Assembly: GCA_963751455.1 (NCBI GenBank)
Contig: CAVVUN010000002.1
Span: forward strand, 160,001-224,000
Origin: Nitrospirota bacterium
GTDB taxonomy: Bacteria > Nitrospirota > UBA9217
Direction: 5' to 3'
Length of the DNA: 64,000 nt
Shown: piece after piece, positions 29,328 through 37,620 of the stretch
How positions within the stretch are numbered: position 1 is the stretch's first letter
Layout: every line of letters starts with the position of its first letter
Translations under genes and position numbers: made by a program
Notes under the pieces: model-generated
Databases searched by the model: none
What the model was told of the DNA's origin: nothing
The model's input: the letters and a program-made list of their open reading frames with translations, nothing else

Positions 29328-30107
29328 ATGCATGATGTGGCCGCTATGATCCCCGTTCTGCTCGGCAGCACGCGTGTGCCTGATAAAAATATTATTCTGG
29401 TGGATGGCAAGGTCTTATGCGCGTATACCATTGAAGCCTGTAAGACTTCCGGGGTTTTCAGTTCCATCCATCTGAATTCGGAAGGCGAGATATTCAGATC
29501 CATTGCCGAACAGGAATCGGTCATGTTTCATAAGCGTCCGCCGGAGCGGGGTGGAAGCGCCTGTCGCCAGAAAACCAAATCCCGCGATTGCGCAGGGAAG
29601 CGCTGTGTAATCAACGAGCATTATTTATATGACTTCATGACCAGCGGCACACAGGCCGAATACGTCTGCCAGGTAAACGCCACTTCGCCCTTGATAAGAC
29701 CGGAAACCATAAAAGCCTTTGTGCAGACATTACAGCAGGGCGATTATGACAGTCTGTTCGCCACGCTCGAGATACGGGCGGAAAGTTTTTTCGGCGGGAA
29801 ACCTGTTTCTTTTTCAAGAAAATATAAGCGTCCTTCAAACGAATTAGAACCGATTTCTGCTTTTTGCTGGGCAATAGCCGGCTGGCGTCGACAGGCGTTT
29901 ATTGATGCCTACGATGCCGATGACCCTGATAAGGATGGCCCCGCGTTTGTCGGAAAACTGGGGCTGTTTCCTATTGATGAGCGGGAAGCCCTGGATATCG
30001 ATCAATGGAGTACCCTCGACGTTGTTGAAAAATTTCTGATCGCCCGGAGAACGAAAGCGGCGCGAACCTGGAACTATATTGACGGCCGCACCATTACACG
30101 GTCATAG
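29328..30107 (+). CDS. NeuA/KdsB-family cytidylyltransferase with a Cys-rich insertion
   Basis: IPVLLGSTRVPDKNI, QVNATSPLI, EALDID. Confidence 0.85.
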   Translation: MHDVAAMIPVLLGSTRVPDKNIILVDGKVLCAYTIEACKTSGVFSSIHLNSEGEIFRSIAEQESVMFHKRPPERGGSACRQKTKSRDCAGKRCVINEHYLYDFMTSGTQAEYVCQVNATSPLIRPETIKAFVQTLQQGDYDSLFATLEIRAESFFGGKPVSFSRKYKRPSNELEPISAFCWAIAGWRRQAFIDAYDADDPDKDGPAFVGKLGLFPIDEREALDIDQWSTLDVVEKFLIARRTKAARTWNYIDGRTITRS

Positions 30108-30257
30108 CAATGCTTTGTCAGACCCGTCTTTTGAGGGCTGCGAGGTGCGGATAGCAGGCATTATCGTAATATCGAGGGGCAGAACAGTGTCCTGATAGAA
30201 AAAAATTGTCAATTTTAGTGCAAAACTAATGGTAGAATATGGCGCAGAAGGTCTGAT

Positions 30258-31064
30258 ATGAAAATATGGATGAACACAAATACCCTCGACGGTTATATTG
30301 ACGATCTGGAAAAGACTGCTGATCCAGCCGATGCGGAGATCGCCCTTCTCGGGAGCAAGAAAATGGATCTTCAGCGGTTTCCCAATCTTAAAGGCATTTT
30401 CCGCGCGGGCGTTGGAAAGGACAATGTGCCGGTCAGTGAAGCAGAGAAACGAGGGATCGCGGTCGGTTTCCCTTCGCAGTCTACGATAGAGATAATCTAT
30501 AATGAAACTGCCGCATTTACCTGCGGATTAATTTTTCGAATGGCGTATTCCAATGTGGGAACGCTCACTCCATGGCTAAAAGTGCCGAGGACGGCCTTTA
30601 GCAACCTGAACCTGCTGGTTATCGGCAAAGGCAACATAGGGGGCAGAGTGATAAAGCTGATGCAGCCTTTTTTAAAGGTGAGGTCTTTTGATCTCTGCGA
30701 AAATGGAGAAAATGAACTAAAGGCGCTTGTACTTGAAGCCGACATAATAACCCTGCATATTCCATTGAACGCCCAGACGAGGAATTTCATCGAGGAGGAA
30801 AAGCTTTCCTGGATGAAAGAAGGCTCCATTCTTATCAACGCGGCCCGCGGTCCTATCGTATCTGAAGATGCTCTGTATAGTGCGATCGAAAGAGGGCGCC
30901 TGCGGGCGGCTTTCGATGTTTATTGGGAGGAGCCCTATGAAGGCAAACTCAAGAAGTTCTATCCCGAAAGGTTCCACATGACACCTCATGTGGCCAGCAC
31001 ATGCGCTACCTTTCTTGAGGAGACAGCAAAGGATCTTCACAACTTTATTGAAAGGATTGGATGA
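30258..31064 (+). CDS. D-isomer-specific 2-hydroxyacid dehydrogenase
   Basis: RAGVGKDNV, IGKGNIG, LHIPL, INAARGPIV, DVYWEEP, TPHVAS. Confidence 0.92.
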   Translation: MKIWMNTNTLDGYIDDLEKTADPADAEIALLGSKKMDLQRFPNLKGIFRAGVGKDNVPVSEAEKRGIAVGFPSQSTIEIIYNETAAFTCGLIFRMAYSNVGTLTPWLKVPRTAFSNLNLLVIGKGNIGGRVIKLMQPFLKVRSFDLCENGENELKALVLEADIITLHIPLNAQTRNFIEEEKLSWMKEGSILINAARGPIVSEDALYSAIERGRLRAAFDVYWEEPYEGKLKKFYPERFHMTPHVASTCATFLEETAKDLHNFIERIG

Positions 31065-31065
31065 T

Positions 31066-32052
31066 ATGACCTACAAGCATACCATAAGCACGGACGATAT
31101 TACGGATATCATGATCCACCCCGAGCCTGTTTTTGGCGATCTGAAAGCGCGGTGGAAAGAGTACCTTTATGAAAAAAGCACCGAGGAAGACTGGACATCT
31201 GTGAAGCGCTGCATTGCGTGTGATGGAGATGACATCAGGCCTTTTTTCCTTATATGGAATTATCGGTATGATCGTTGTCGCAATTGCGCATCGGTATTTC
31301 TCAATCCGCAGCCTGCGGAAGCACTCCATTCAAAGGCATTCTACAAGTCTCCAGTCTCTCAACTTATAAACTCGTCTGCATATCAGAATTATCAGGCGAC
31401 CCGTTTTCAAAAAGTGATAAAACCTCTTCTCTCCGAATTAATAAAAACTGCAAAAAAAGAGCGTCTCCAGGTGCTTGAAGTCTTCGGAAGAAATGCCCAT
31501 GTCAGGGACTATCTCCTCAAAGAGAAAAAGGTGGAGAAATTTCTCAGGTATGCCGCGCCCCTGGATGACGAAACCGGCGGTTCCGTGCGCATTAAAACGC
31601 TCGAGAGCGTCGCTGACGGTTCATCGGATCTGATCTTGCTTTTCATGTGTGTGGAGCAAATGCTGTCACCTCGCGCAATGTTTGAGTCGCTTGCCCGGAA
31701 GCTTGCTCATGGAGGTCTTCTGGTCGTTCTTTCGAGACTCGGGAGCGGATTGGATGTTCAGGTGCTTCGCGGCGATCATCCCTCCATCTTCCCCCTGGAA
31801 CACATTAATCTCTTTTCCGTTGAAGGGTACGAGCACCTCTGCAAAAAAGCGAATCTTGACATCCTTGAGTTGAGCACTCCGGGACTTCTGGATGCCGGCT
31901 ATCTTCAGCGATATTATCAAGAACATCCTGAAGATAATAATTTGTTTTCTTATATATTCAACCATCGTTCAGCTGCGGATATCCAGAAATTTCAGCAGTT
32001 TGTCCAGGAAATGCGCCTTAGTTCGGCACTGAGATTAATCTGCAAAAAATAA
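31066..32052 (+). CDS. Methyltransferase-like protein with an N-terminal CxxC..CxxC Zn ribbon
   Basis: CIAC..CRNC..FLNPQP; PLEHINLFS; STPGLLD. The SAM motif is degenerate (VLEVFGRN). Confidence 0.7.
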   Translation: MTYKHTISTDDITDIMIHPEPVFGDLKARWKEYLYEKSTEEDWTSVKRCIACDGDDIRPFFLIWNYRYDRCRNCASVFLNPQPAEALHSKAFYKSPVSQLINSSAYQNYQATRFQKVIKPLLSELIKTAKKERLQVLEVFGRNAHVRDYLLKEKKVEKFLRYAAPLDDETGGSVRIKTLESVADGSSDLILLFMCVEQMLSPRAMFESLARKLAHGGLLVVLSRLGSGLDVQVLRGDHPSIFPLEHINLFSVEGYEHLCKKANLDILELSTPGLLDAGYLQRYYQEHPEDNNLFSYIFNHRSAADIQKFQQFVQEMRLSSALRLICKK

Positions 32053-32063
32053 AGGAGCGGTAA

Positions 32064-32651
32064 ATGGGAGATGTAAAAATTTCGGCGTATGCTCATACCT
32101 ATTTTGATATGTTGCATAATCATTTAAAATGTCTGGATACCGCCATATTCGACCGTATTGTTCGAGAGATTGAAAGAATAAGGAAAGAAGACCGCGTTGT
32201 TTATATAATCGGCAACGGAGGAAGTGCCTCGATTGCGTCCCATATGGCAAACGACCTGGGTGTCGGCATCAGAAGGACCGGAGTAAAACCTCTTAAAATA
32301 ACCAGCCTGAACGACAATATGAGCGCAATTACAGCACTTGGGAACGATTACGGATATGATTCAATTTTTTTAGAGCAGCTGAGGCCTATTCTCCATCCTA
32401 AAGATCTTTTGATTGCTTTTTCTGTAAGCGGCAACTCTCCAAATATTATTAAGGCTGTCGAATTTGCCAAACAACTGGGTGTAATTGTTGTCGGCTGCAG
32501 CGGTTTCGACGGTGGGAAGCTTAAGAAAATTTGTGATGTTTCCTTCCACGTAGAGAATGAGAAGGGTTACTACGGAGTGCCGGAGGATGCATTCATGATT
32601 CTTGATCATCTGATCTACACATATTACAAATTCGAGCACTACAGGAGCTAG
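32064..32651 (+). CDS. SIS-domain sugar-phosphate isomerase (GmhA-like)
   Basis: IGNGGSASIASH, TALGNDYGYD, SVSGNSPNI, GFDGGKL. Confidence 0.9.
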   Translation: MGDVKISAYAHTYFDMLHNHLKCLDTAIFDRIVREIERIRKEDRVVYIIGNGGSASIASHMANDLGVGIRRTGVKPLKITSLNDNMSAITALGNDYGYDSIFLEQLRPILHPKDLLIAFSVSGNSPNIIKAVEFAKQLGVIVVGCSGFDGGKLKKICDVSFHVENEKGYYGVPEDAFMILDHLIYTYYKFEHYRS

Positions 32652-32653
32652 TT

Positions 32654-33679
32654 ATGTCGCTTCGAGATTCTGTGAGACCAGCCATAAAAATCGGCATTGT
32701 GGGTATGGGAAAGATGGGCAAGATAAGAGCCCGGGAGATTAAGAGTTGCCCATATACAGAACTGCGCGCGGTATCGGATGTCAACCCTAAAATGTTATCT
32801 GAATATGAAGTACCCGCATTCAGTCAGCCCCAGGAGATTCTAAATCAAGATCTCGACGCTCTATTCGTCTGCACGTATAATTCGGCAGCCCCGGATCTGA
32901 TCGTCGGAGCACTTGAAAGGGGCCTGCATGTTTTTTGCGAAAAGCCGCCAGGACGATGTGTCGCGGATGTACTCAGGATCCGGGAAGCGCATGAGAAGCA
33001 CCCGGACTGTAAGGTGAAATTCGGATTCAACCATCGCTATCACTATTCGGTTATCGAAGCCAAGTCCATGATTGACAGCGGTTTGTTCGGCAGGATATTG
33101 TGGCTGCGAGGCGTTTATGGAAAGGCCGGAGGCGTCGAATTTGAAAGCAACTGGCGGAGCGACAAGACGCAGGCGGGGGGCGGCATCCTGCTCGATCAGG
33201 GAATCCACATGCTTGATCTCTTCCGGTATTTTGCGGGAGATTTCGATGAGATCAAGAGCATGATCTCCACATCGTACTGGAACATTCCCGTTGAGGACAA
33301 TGCCTTTGCCGTTATGAGGAATTCAAAGGGGCAGATAGCCTCGATTCACTCCTCGTCAACTCAGTGGAAGCACCGGTTTTCTTTGGAAATCGCCCTTCAG
33401 GAAGGCTATATCAACCTGAACGGAATACTCTCATCGACCCGCAGTTACGGTGAAGAGACTCTCACCGTTGCAAAAAAACAATTTGAAGACACAGCGTCTG
33501 CGTTCGGAAAGCCAAGAGAAGAGATGATATATTTCGACCGTGATGATTCATGGCGATTAGAGGTAGAAGAATTCATCGCCGCTATCCGGGGTGAGAAGCG
33601 CGTTGAGCACGGTACGATTGAGGACGCACTTGCCGTGATGAGACTTGTTGAAGAAATATACAGGAACTCTGGACGCTGA
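32654..33679 (+). CDS. Gfo/Idh/MocA family oxidoreductase
   Basis: GIVGMGKMG, HVFCEKP, GFNHRY, AGGGILLDQGIHMLDL. Confidence 0.93.
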   Translation: MSLRDSVRPAIKIGIVGMGKMGKIRAREIKSCPYTELRAVSDVNPKMLSEYEVPAFSQPQEILNQDLDALFVCTYNSAAPDLIVGALERGLHVFCEKPPGRCVADVLRIREAHEKHPDCKVKFGFNHRYHYSVIEAKSMIDSGLFGRILWLRGVYGKAGGVEFESNWRSDKTQAGGGILLDQGIHMLDLFRYFAGDFDEIKSMISTSYWNIPVEDNAFAVMRNSKGQIASIHSSSTQWKHRFSLEIALQEGYINLNGILSSTRSYGEETLTVAKKQFEDTASAFGKPREEMIYFDRDDSWRLEVEEFIAAIRGEKRVEHGTIEDALAVMRLVEEIYRNSGR

Positions 33680-33695
33680 AGGGATACATCGCGAA

Positions 33696-34368
33696 ATGTC
33701 CGGAATTGTCTCGCTCAGTTATGCACTGTCTAATAATACGGCATATTATGGCGGAAGTCGCCTGAACCTTGAATCCCGCGTGAAAGAAACGGGCAATAAG
33801 TTCACTCGTGAGACGAATTTATGTTTTTCCTCACATTCGGGGACGCACTTGGATTTTCCTTCGCACTTCTATCGGGATGGAAAGAAGGGAAATGATTATC
33901 CGCTTGATTTTTTTATCTTTCATAGGGCGGCCGTCGTTGAGTGCAACCTTCTTGATGCTGATGGGAAGATCGATGGATCTTTAATGAAGGGATTTGCCCT
34001 GGAGCAGGGCCTCGAATTGATTCTTGTGAAAACGCACTTTTGCTCAATTAGAGGTCAGGAGAGAATACTGGAAGGATTCACCTGTCGTGAGTGCGGATTT
34101 CGCACGCGACCTGAGAGCTGGCTTTCCCAAGCTGCGGATGATTGGCTTCGATCTTATTTCGGTTACATCTCAGCGGGACAAAGAGGAAGGGCGAAGGGCG
34201 CACCTGGGCTTCCTTGATGAATCAGGCGGCAGGGAAATACTTCTTCTTGAGGATGCCGACTTGAATGTCGTTTCGCGTGAGACAATGTTCCAAAAAGTTA
34301 TAGTCGCGCCGCTTTTCTTCGAAAAGATGGAGGGGGCGCCCTGTACGGTAATCGCCGAGATTTCCTGA
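33696..34368 (+). pseudogene. Cyclase-family (kynurenine formamidase-like) metallohydrolase split by a +1 frameshift near 34060
   Basis: HSGTHLDFPSHF in frame 1; EYWKDSPVVS..IGFDLISV..LLLED..EGAPCTVIA in frame 2. One extra base in CAGGAGAGAATAC; may be a sequencing error. Confidence 0.8.
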
Positions 34369-34570
34369 TAAGCGTTTGAGATCGCGCTTGAATTGTATTA
34401 TCGTTTTAAACGTCATATCCATATCGCTCATGTGAACAGAACAAGAGGGGAGTGCCGACGGTAGAAGAAGTTCCGTCATTTAAGATTTGCAGAATCCTCG
34501 AAAGATGTTGACCCTAGAGCTTACAATCCCTGAAGCATGCATATTCGATTCCTCCAGGTACGCATAACAG

Positions 34571-35740
34571 ATGAACATTCTTATATTATCGCCATTCCTT
34601 CCTTACCCTATTGATCAGGGTGGAAAAATCCGGATATTCAATATAATCAAGAATCTTTCAAAGAACCACGCGATCACCCTTGCTACTGTAACCCATGGAT
34701 CCCTCTCTGAATACGAAAGCCTGAGCAAATTGTGCGATGAAGTCATAATTGTAAAGAGGCCTCCTAAAAAATGGGGAGACAGGTTTAGCTTTCTCTTAAG
34801 TGCAGAGCCGTACAATTATATTATTTATTATTCTGACGAACTGAAATTGGAGCTGAGAAGACTGCTCAGCCGGAAGTCTTTCGACCTCGTGCAGATCGAA
34901 TTCCCAATGATGTGGCAATATGCCGATATTTTTAAGGGTATGCCCGTCATTCTGGATGCTCATAATATTGAGCATGAGATTATAAGGCAGGTGAAATATG
35001 GTTATAGCAGTCTAATGAGAAAAATTCTCTACGTTATGGAAGAAATAAAAATAAAAAGAAAGGAAAAAAGGGCATGGAGGGAGTGCGCATTGTGTTTCAC
35101 TGTGTCAAAAAAGGAGAGAGACCTCATTGCGGCATATCATGGTCACAATGAGAAAGTTTTTACGATTTCCAACGGTGTTGACCTTGAAACACATACGTTT
35201 CTTCCGAAATCTGAAACAGAAGGCAGATTGCTCTTCCTTGGCGGCATGGACTACCAACCGAACCTTGACTCCGCCTTATATTTGTTGAAAGAAATATTTC
35301 CATCGGTCAGGTCCGGCAATCATGCTGTAAGACTTGATTTCGTTGCACGGGATGTATGGAGGATCAATATTCCGATGCCTGTCGTAGGTGTAGAATTTCA
35401 TGAGAATGTTCCTGATGTCCTGCCATATTTCAGGCGGTCGGATATTCTCTTGGTACCTTTACGCTATGGCGGCGGCACAAGAATAAAGATACTTGAGGCT
35501 ATGGCAGCAGGGCTCCCGGTTGTCACTACATCAAAGGGTTGTGAGGGGATCGAGGCAATGCATGGCGTGCATCTGATGATTGCAGACTCGCCGGATGAAT
35601 TCGCGGCTTATATTAAAAGAGTACTGGAAGATGCGGAACTTAGAAGGACCATCACTCAGCAGGCAAGAAGCCTGGTCGAGGAGCGCTATTCATGGAAAGA
35701 TCTGGTAAATGAAATGACGAAAACATATAGGACTATATAA
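34571..35740 (+). CDS. GT4 glycosyltransferase
   Basis: PYPIDQGGKIR, DAHNIE, VPLRYGGGTRIKILEAMAAGLPVVTT. Confidence 0.92.
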   Translation: MNILILSPFLPYPIDQGGKIRIFNIIKNLSKNHAITLATVTHGSLSEYESLSKLCDEVIIVKRPPKKWGDRFSFLLSAEPYNYIIYYSDELKLELRRLLSRKSFDLVQIEFPMMWQYADIFKGMPVILDAHNIEHEIIRQVKYGYSSLMRKILYVMEEIKIKRKEKRAWRECALCFTVSKKERDLIAAYHGHNEKVFTISNGVDLETHTFLPKSETEGRLLFLGGMDYQPNLDSALYLLKEIFPSVRSGNHAVRLDFVARDVWRINIPMPVVGVEFHENVPDVLPYFRRSDILLVPLRYGGGTRIKILEAMAAGLPVVTTSKGCEGIEAMHGVHLMIADSPDEFAAYIKRVLEDAELRRTITQQARSLVEERYSWKDLVNEMTKTYRTI

Positions 35741-35886
35741 TCATTTTTCCGAGCAGCCTTCTCAACATGTCGCGCATGTGCGATGGTTACGTAAATTTGT
35801 TCTTCGCACTGGACAACCTCCTAGACTTCCGAATAACTCAACTCATAGCCCGCTTCTTGATTTACCTCTACAACTAACCGAGTTAA

Positions 35887-37404
35887 CCTTAACGTTGCAT
35901 AAAAAATCGCTATGCGGCCCGTTGCAATCGGTCGAGATAATGCAACAACCCCTTTTTGACTCGTGGATTGGCGTTCATTGTCAGAGTTAGCTTGCCGCCG
36001 GGCTGTGTCAGGCGGCCGGCACGCTGTATAAGTGTTCTTCGCAGGGTATTGGGCTCCGTGAACTCCCAAAGAGCGGCCCGTTTTTCGGTGGTGCCCCGGT
36101 CGGGTTCATGCGCGACCATGTGAAGTTCCTTCAGGAGATTGTGCGAGATGATCGCCGACATCATGTATAGCTGATTTCCGTGCAATCTTCTCACAGCCAC
36201 GTAATCCATATTGCACTGGGACTTTAGCTCTCCAAGGATGTTTTCCTGAGAACCGCGGCCCTGATGGAAGTTCAGGACTTTCTTCACCGTCGTTGTTTTG
36301 TTTGTAACGATCACCTTGAAGTCAAACCCGTATTCGTGCGGCGTGAACATATCAAGCTGCACCGGCTCTTTTGACTGCTTTTTGGCTTTTTGACGAATAA
36401 AAAGAAAGCGGAACCGGCTGTCCCAGCTTTTCGGCTTCCAGGGTGTGTCGAAATAGGAAACAACGGAATCGTAACGCCTCCAGCGTTTTTTGGCTTCGAT
36501 CATGTGCTTGAGTTCGGAGAACCGCTCAAAGGGGACCGAGATGGTGAACTCAATTCCGTCGCGCTCCAGCGCGCCGACGATTTCATCGCTGAAGAAAGCG
36601 CTGTCCATGCGCACTTCGATGACGATATCCGAACAGGTTGCACGCACCTGTTCGATGCACGCAAGGATGAACGCCCGGGCGCCGTTGGAATCATGTACGT
36701 TACCCGAACGGGGCAGGACGTCAAGGACCATGCCCAACTGAGCGATCATGCAGAAAAGCGGATAATAGCTTCTCTGCCCTTTTTTCTTTTTGTTGAAGCC
36801 TACGGCGGCACCCTCAGCCCATCGGGAGGTCGAGAGCACAGAGCCGTCGAAATCAAGCGTCACGCGACGAAGCTTCAAACCCTGTATGCGGGAGAGCGAC
36901 ATTTCCCGGCAGAACCGACGAAGATTCAAAATGTCCTTTGCGTCGACCGTCATCAATGCCCGGCTGATCGTGGAAACGTCCGGCATTTTTCGGAGGCCCA
37001 GAAGACGAAGCGCCATAAGGTCGTCCTGATAGTATTCGATGTCGCGGAGTTTCCGATAACCCAGCATCAGATGCACGATCAGCACGAGCGTAATGACGTG
37101 ATTGCCGAAGATGGCGCTCGACGGTAGATGATCAAAGCAGCTTTTCAAGCGGGCTTTCAGATTCAGCTTCGTGAAGAATGCCTGAATGATAGCAAGGCCC
37201 GCGTAGGAAGTGAGCTGTTGATCCTCGAACTTCAGTTCCGGTATTTTGTGAACGCGGCTTAGAACCTGTGCTTTACTGGACTTCACTTTCAGTGGCCTCC
37301 TGCTTGAGTGAAATAATGATATCGCAGGAGCACTATATCCAATAATGAAGCCTGTTTCCAGAGGTTTCTGCATATTTTCAAGAAATGTTTATGCAACTAC
37401 AAGG
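35887..37404 (-). mobile_element. IS1380-family insertion sequence with TTAA target duplication
   Basis: IRs CCTTAACGTTGCATAAA and CCTTGTAGTTGCATAAA; TTAA at 35883-35886 and 37405-37408. Confidence 0.88.
35910..37286 (-). CDS. IS1380-family DDE transposase
   Basis: LTSYAGL, TLDFDGS, SYYPL, VRMDSAF, RGSQENILGELK, RRTLIQRAGRL. GTG start after AGGAGG. Confidence 0.9.
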   Translation of the reverse strand: MKSSKAQVLSRVHKIPELKFEDQQLTSYAGLAIIQAFFTKLNLKARLKSCFDHLPSSAIFGNHVITLVLIVHLMLGYRKLRDIEYYQDDLMALRLLGLRKMPDVSTISRALMTVDAKDILNLRRFCREMSLSRIQGLKLRRVTLDFDGSVLSTSRWAEGAAVGFNKKKKGQRSYYPLFCMIAQLGMVLDVLPRSGNVHDSNGARAFILACIEQVRATCSDIVIEVRMDSAFFSDEIVGALERDGIEFTISVPFERFSELKHMIEAKKRWRRYDSVVSYFDTPWKPKSWDSRFRFLFIRQKAKKQSKEPVQLDMFTPHEYGFDFKVIVTNKTTTVKKVLNFHQGRGSQENILGELKSQCNMDYVAVRRLHGNQLYMMSAIISHNLLKELHMVAHEPDRGTTEKRAALWEFTEPNTLRRTLIQRAGRLTQPGGKLTLTMNANPRVKKGLLHYLDRLQRAA

Positions 37405-37514
37405 TTAACAAATCAGTAAAGCAACCTTGACAGATTTTTTCATCCGAATATTATAACTAAGTGTAATTAAAGTTAATTTTATTTAAATCGTGGTAATAAT
37501 ACCCCATTTTTTTC

Positions 37515-37543
37515 TTTACATTACTATTCTAAATCACTATAAT
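37515..37543 (+). promoter_or_regulatory. Sigma-70-type promoter in the AT-rich leader of the collagen-like gene
   Basis: TTTACA-N17-TATAAT. Confidence 0.55.
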
Positions 37544-37620
37544 CGCCAAATAAATTTGATAATACTTTTATTTTTTGTAATGTGACGAACCATATTAAAG
37601 GCTGTTTGAACGGAGGAAAT

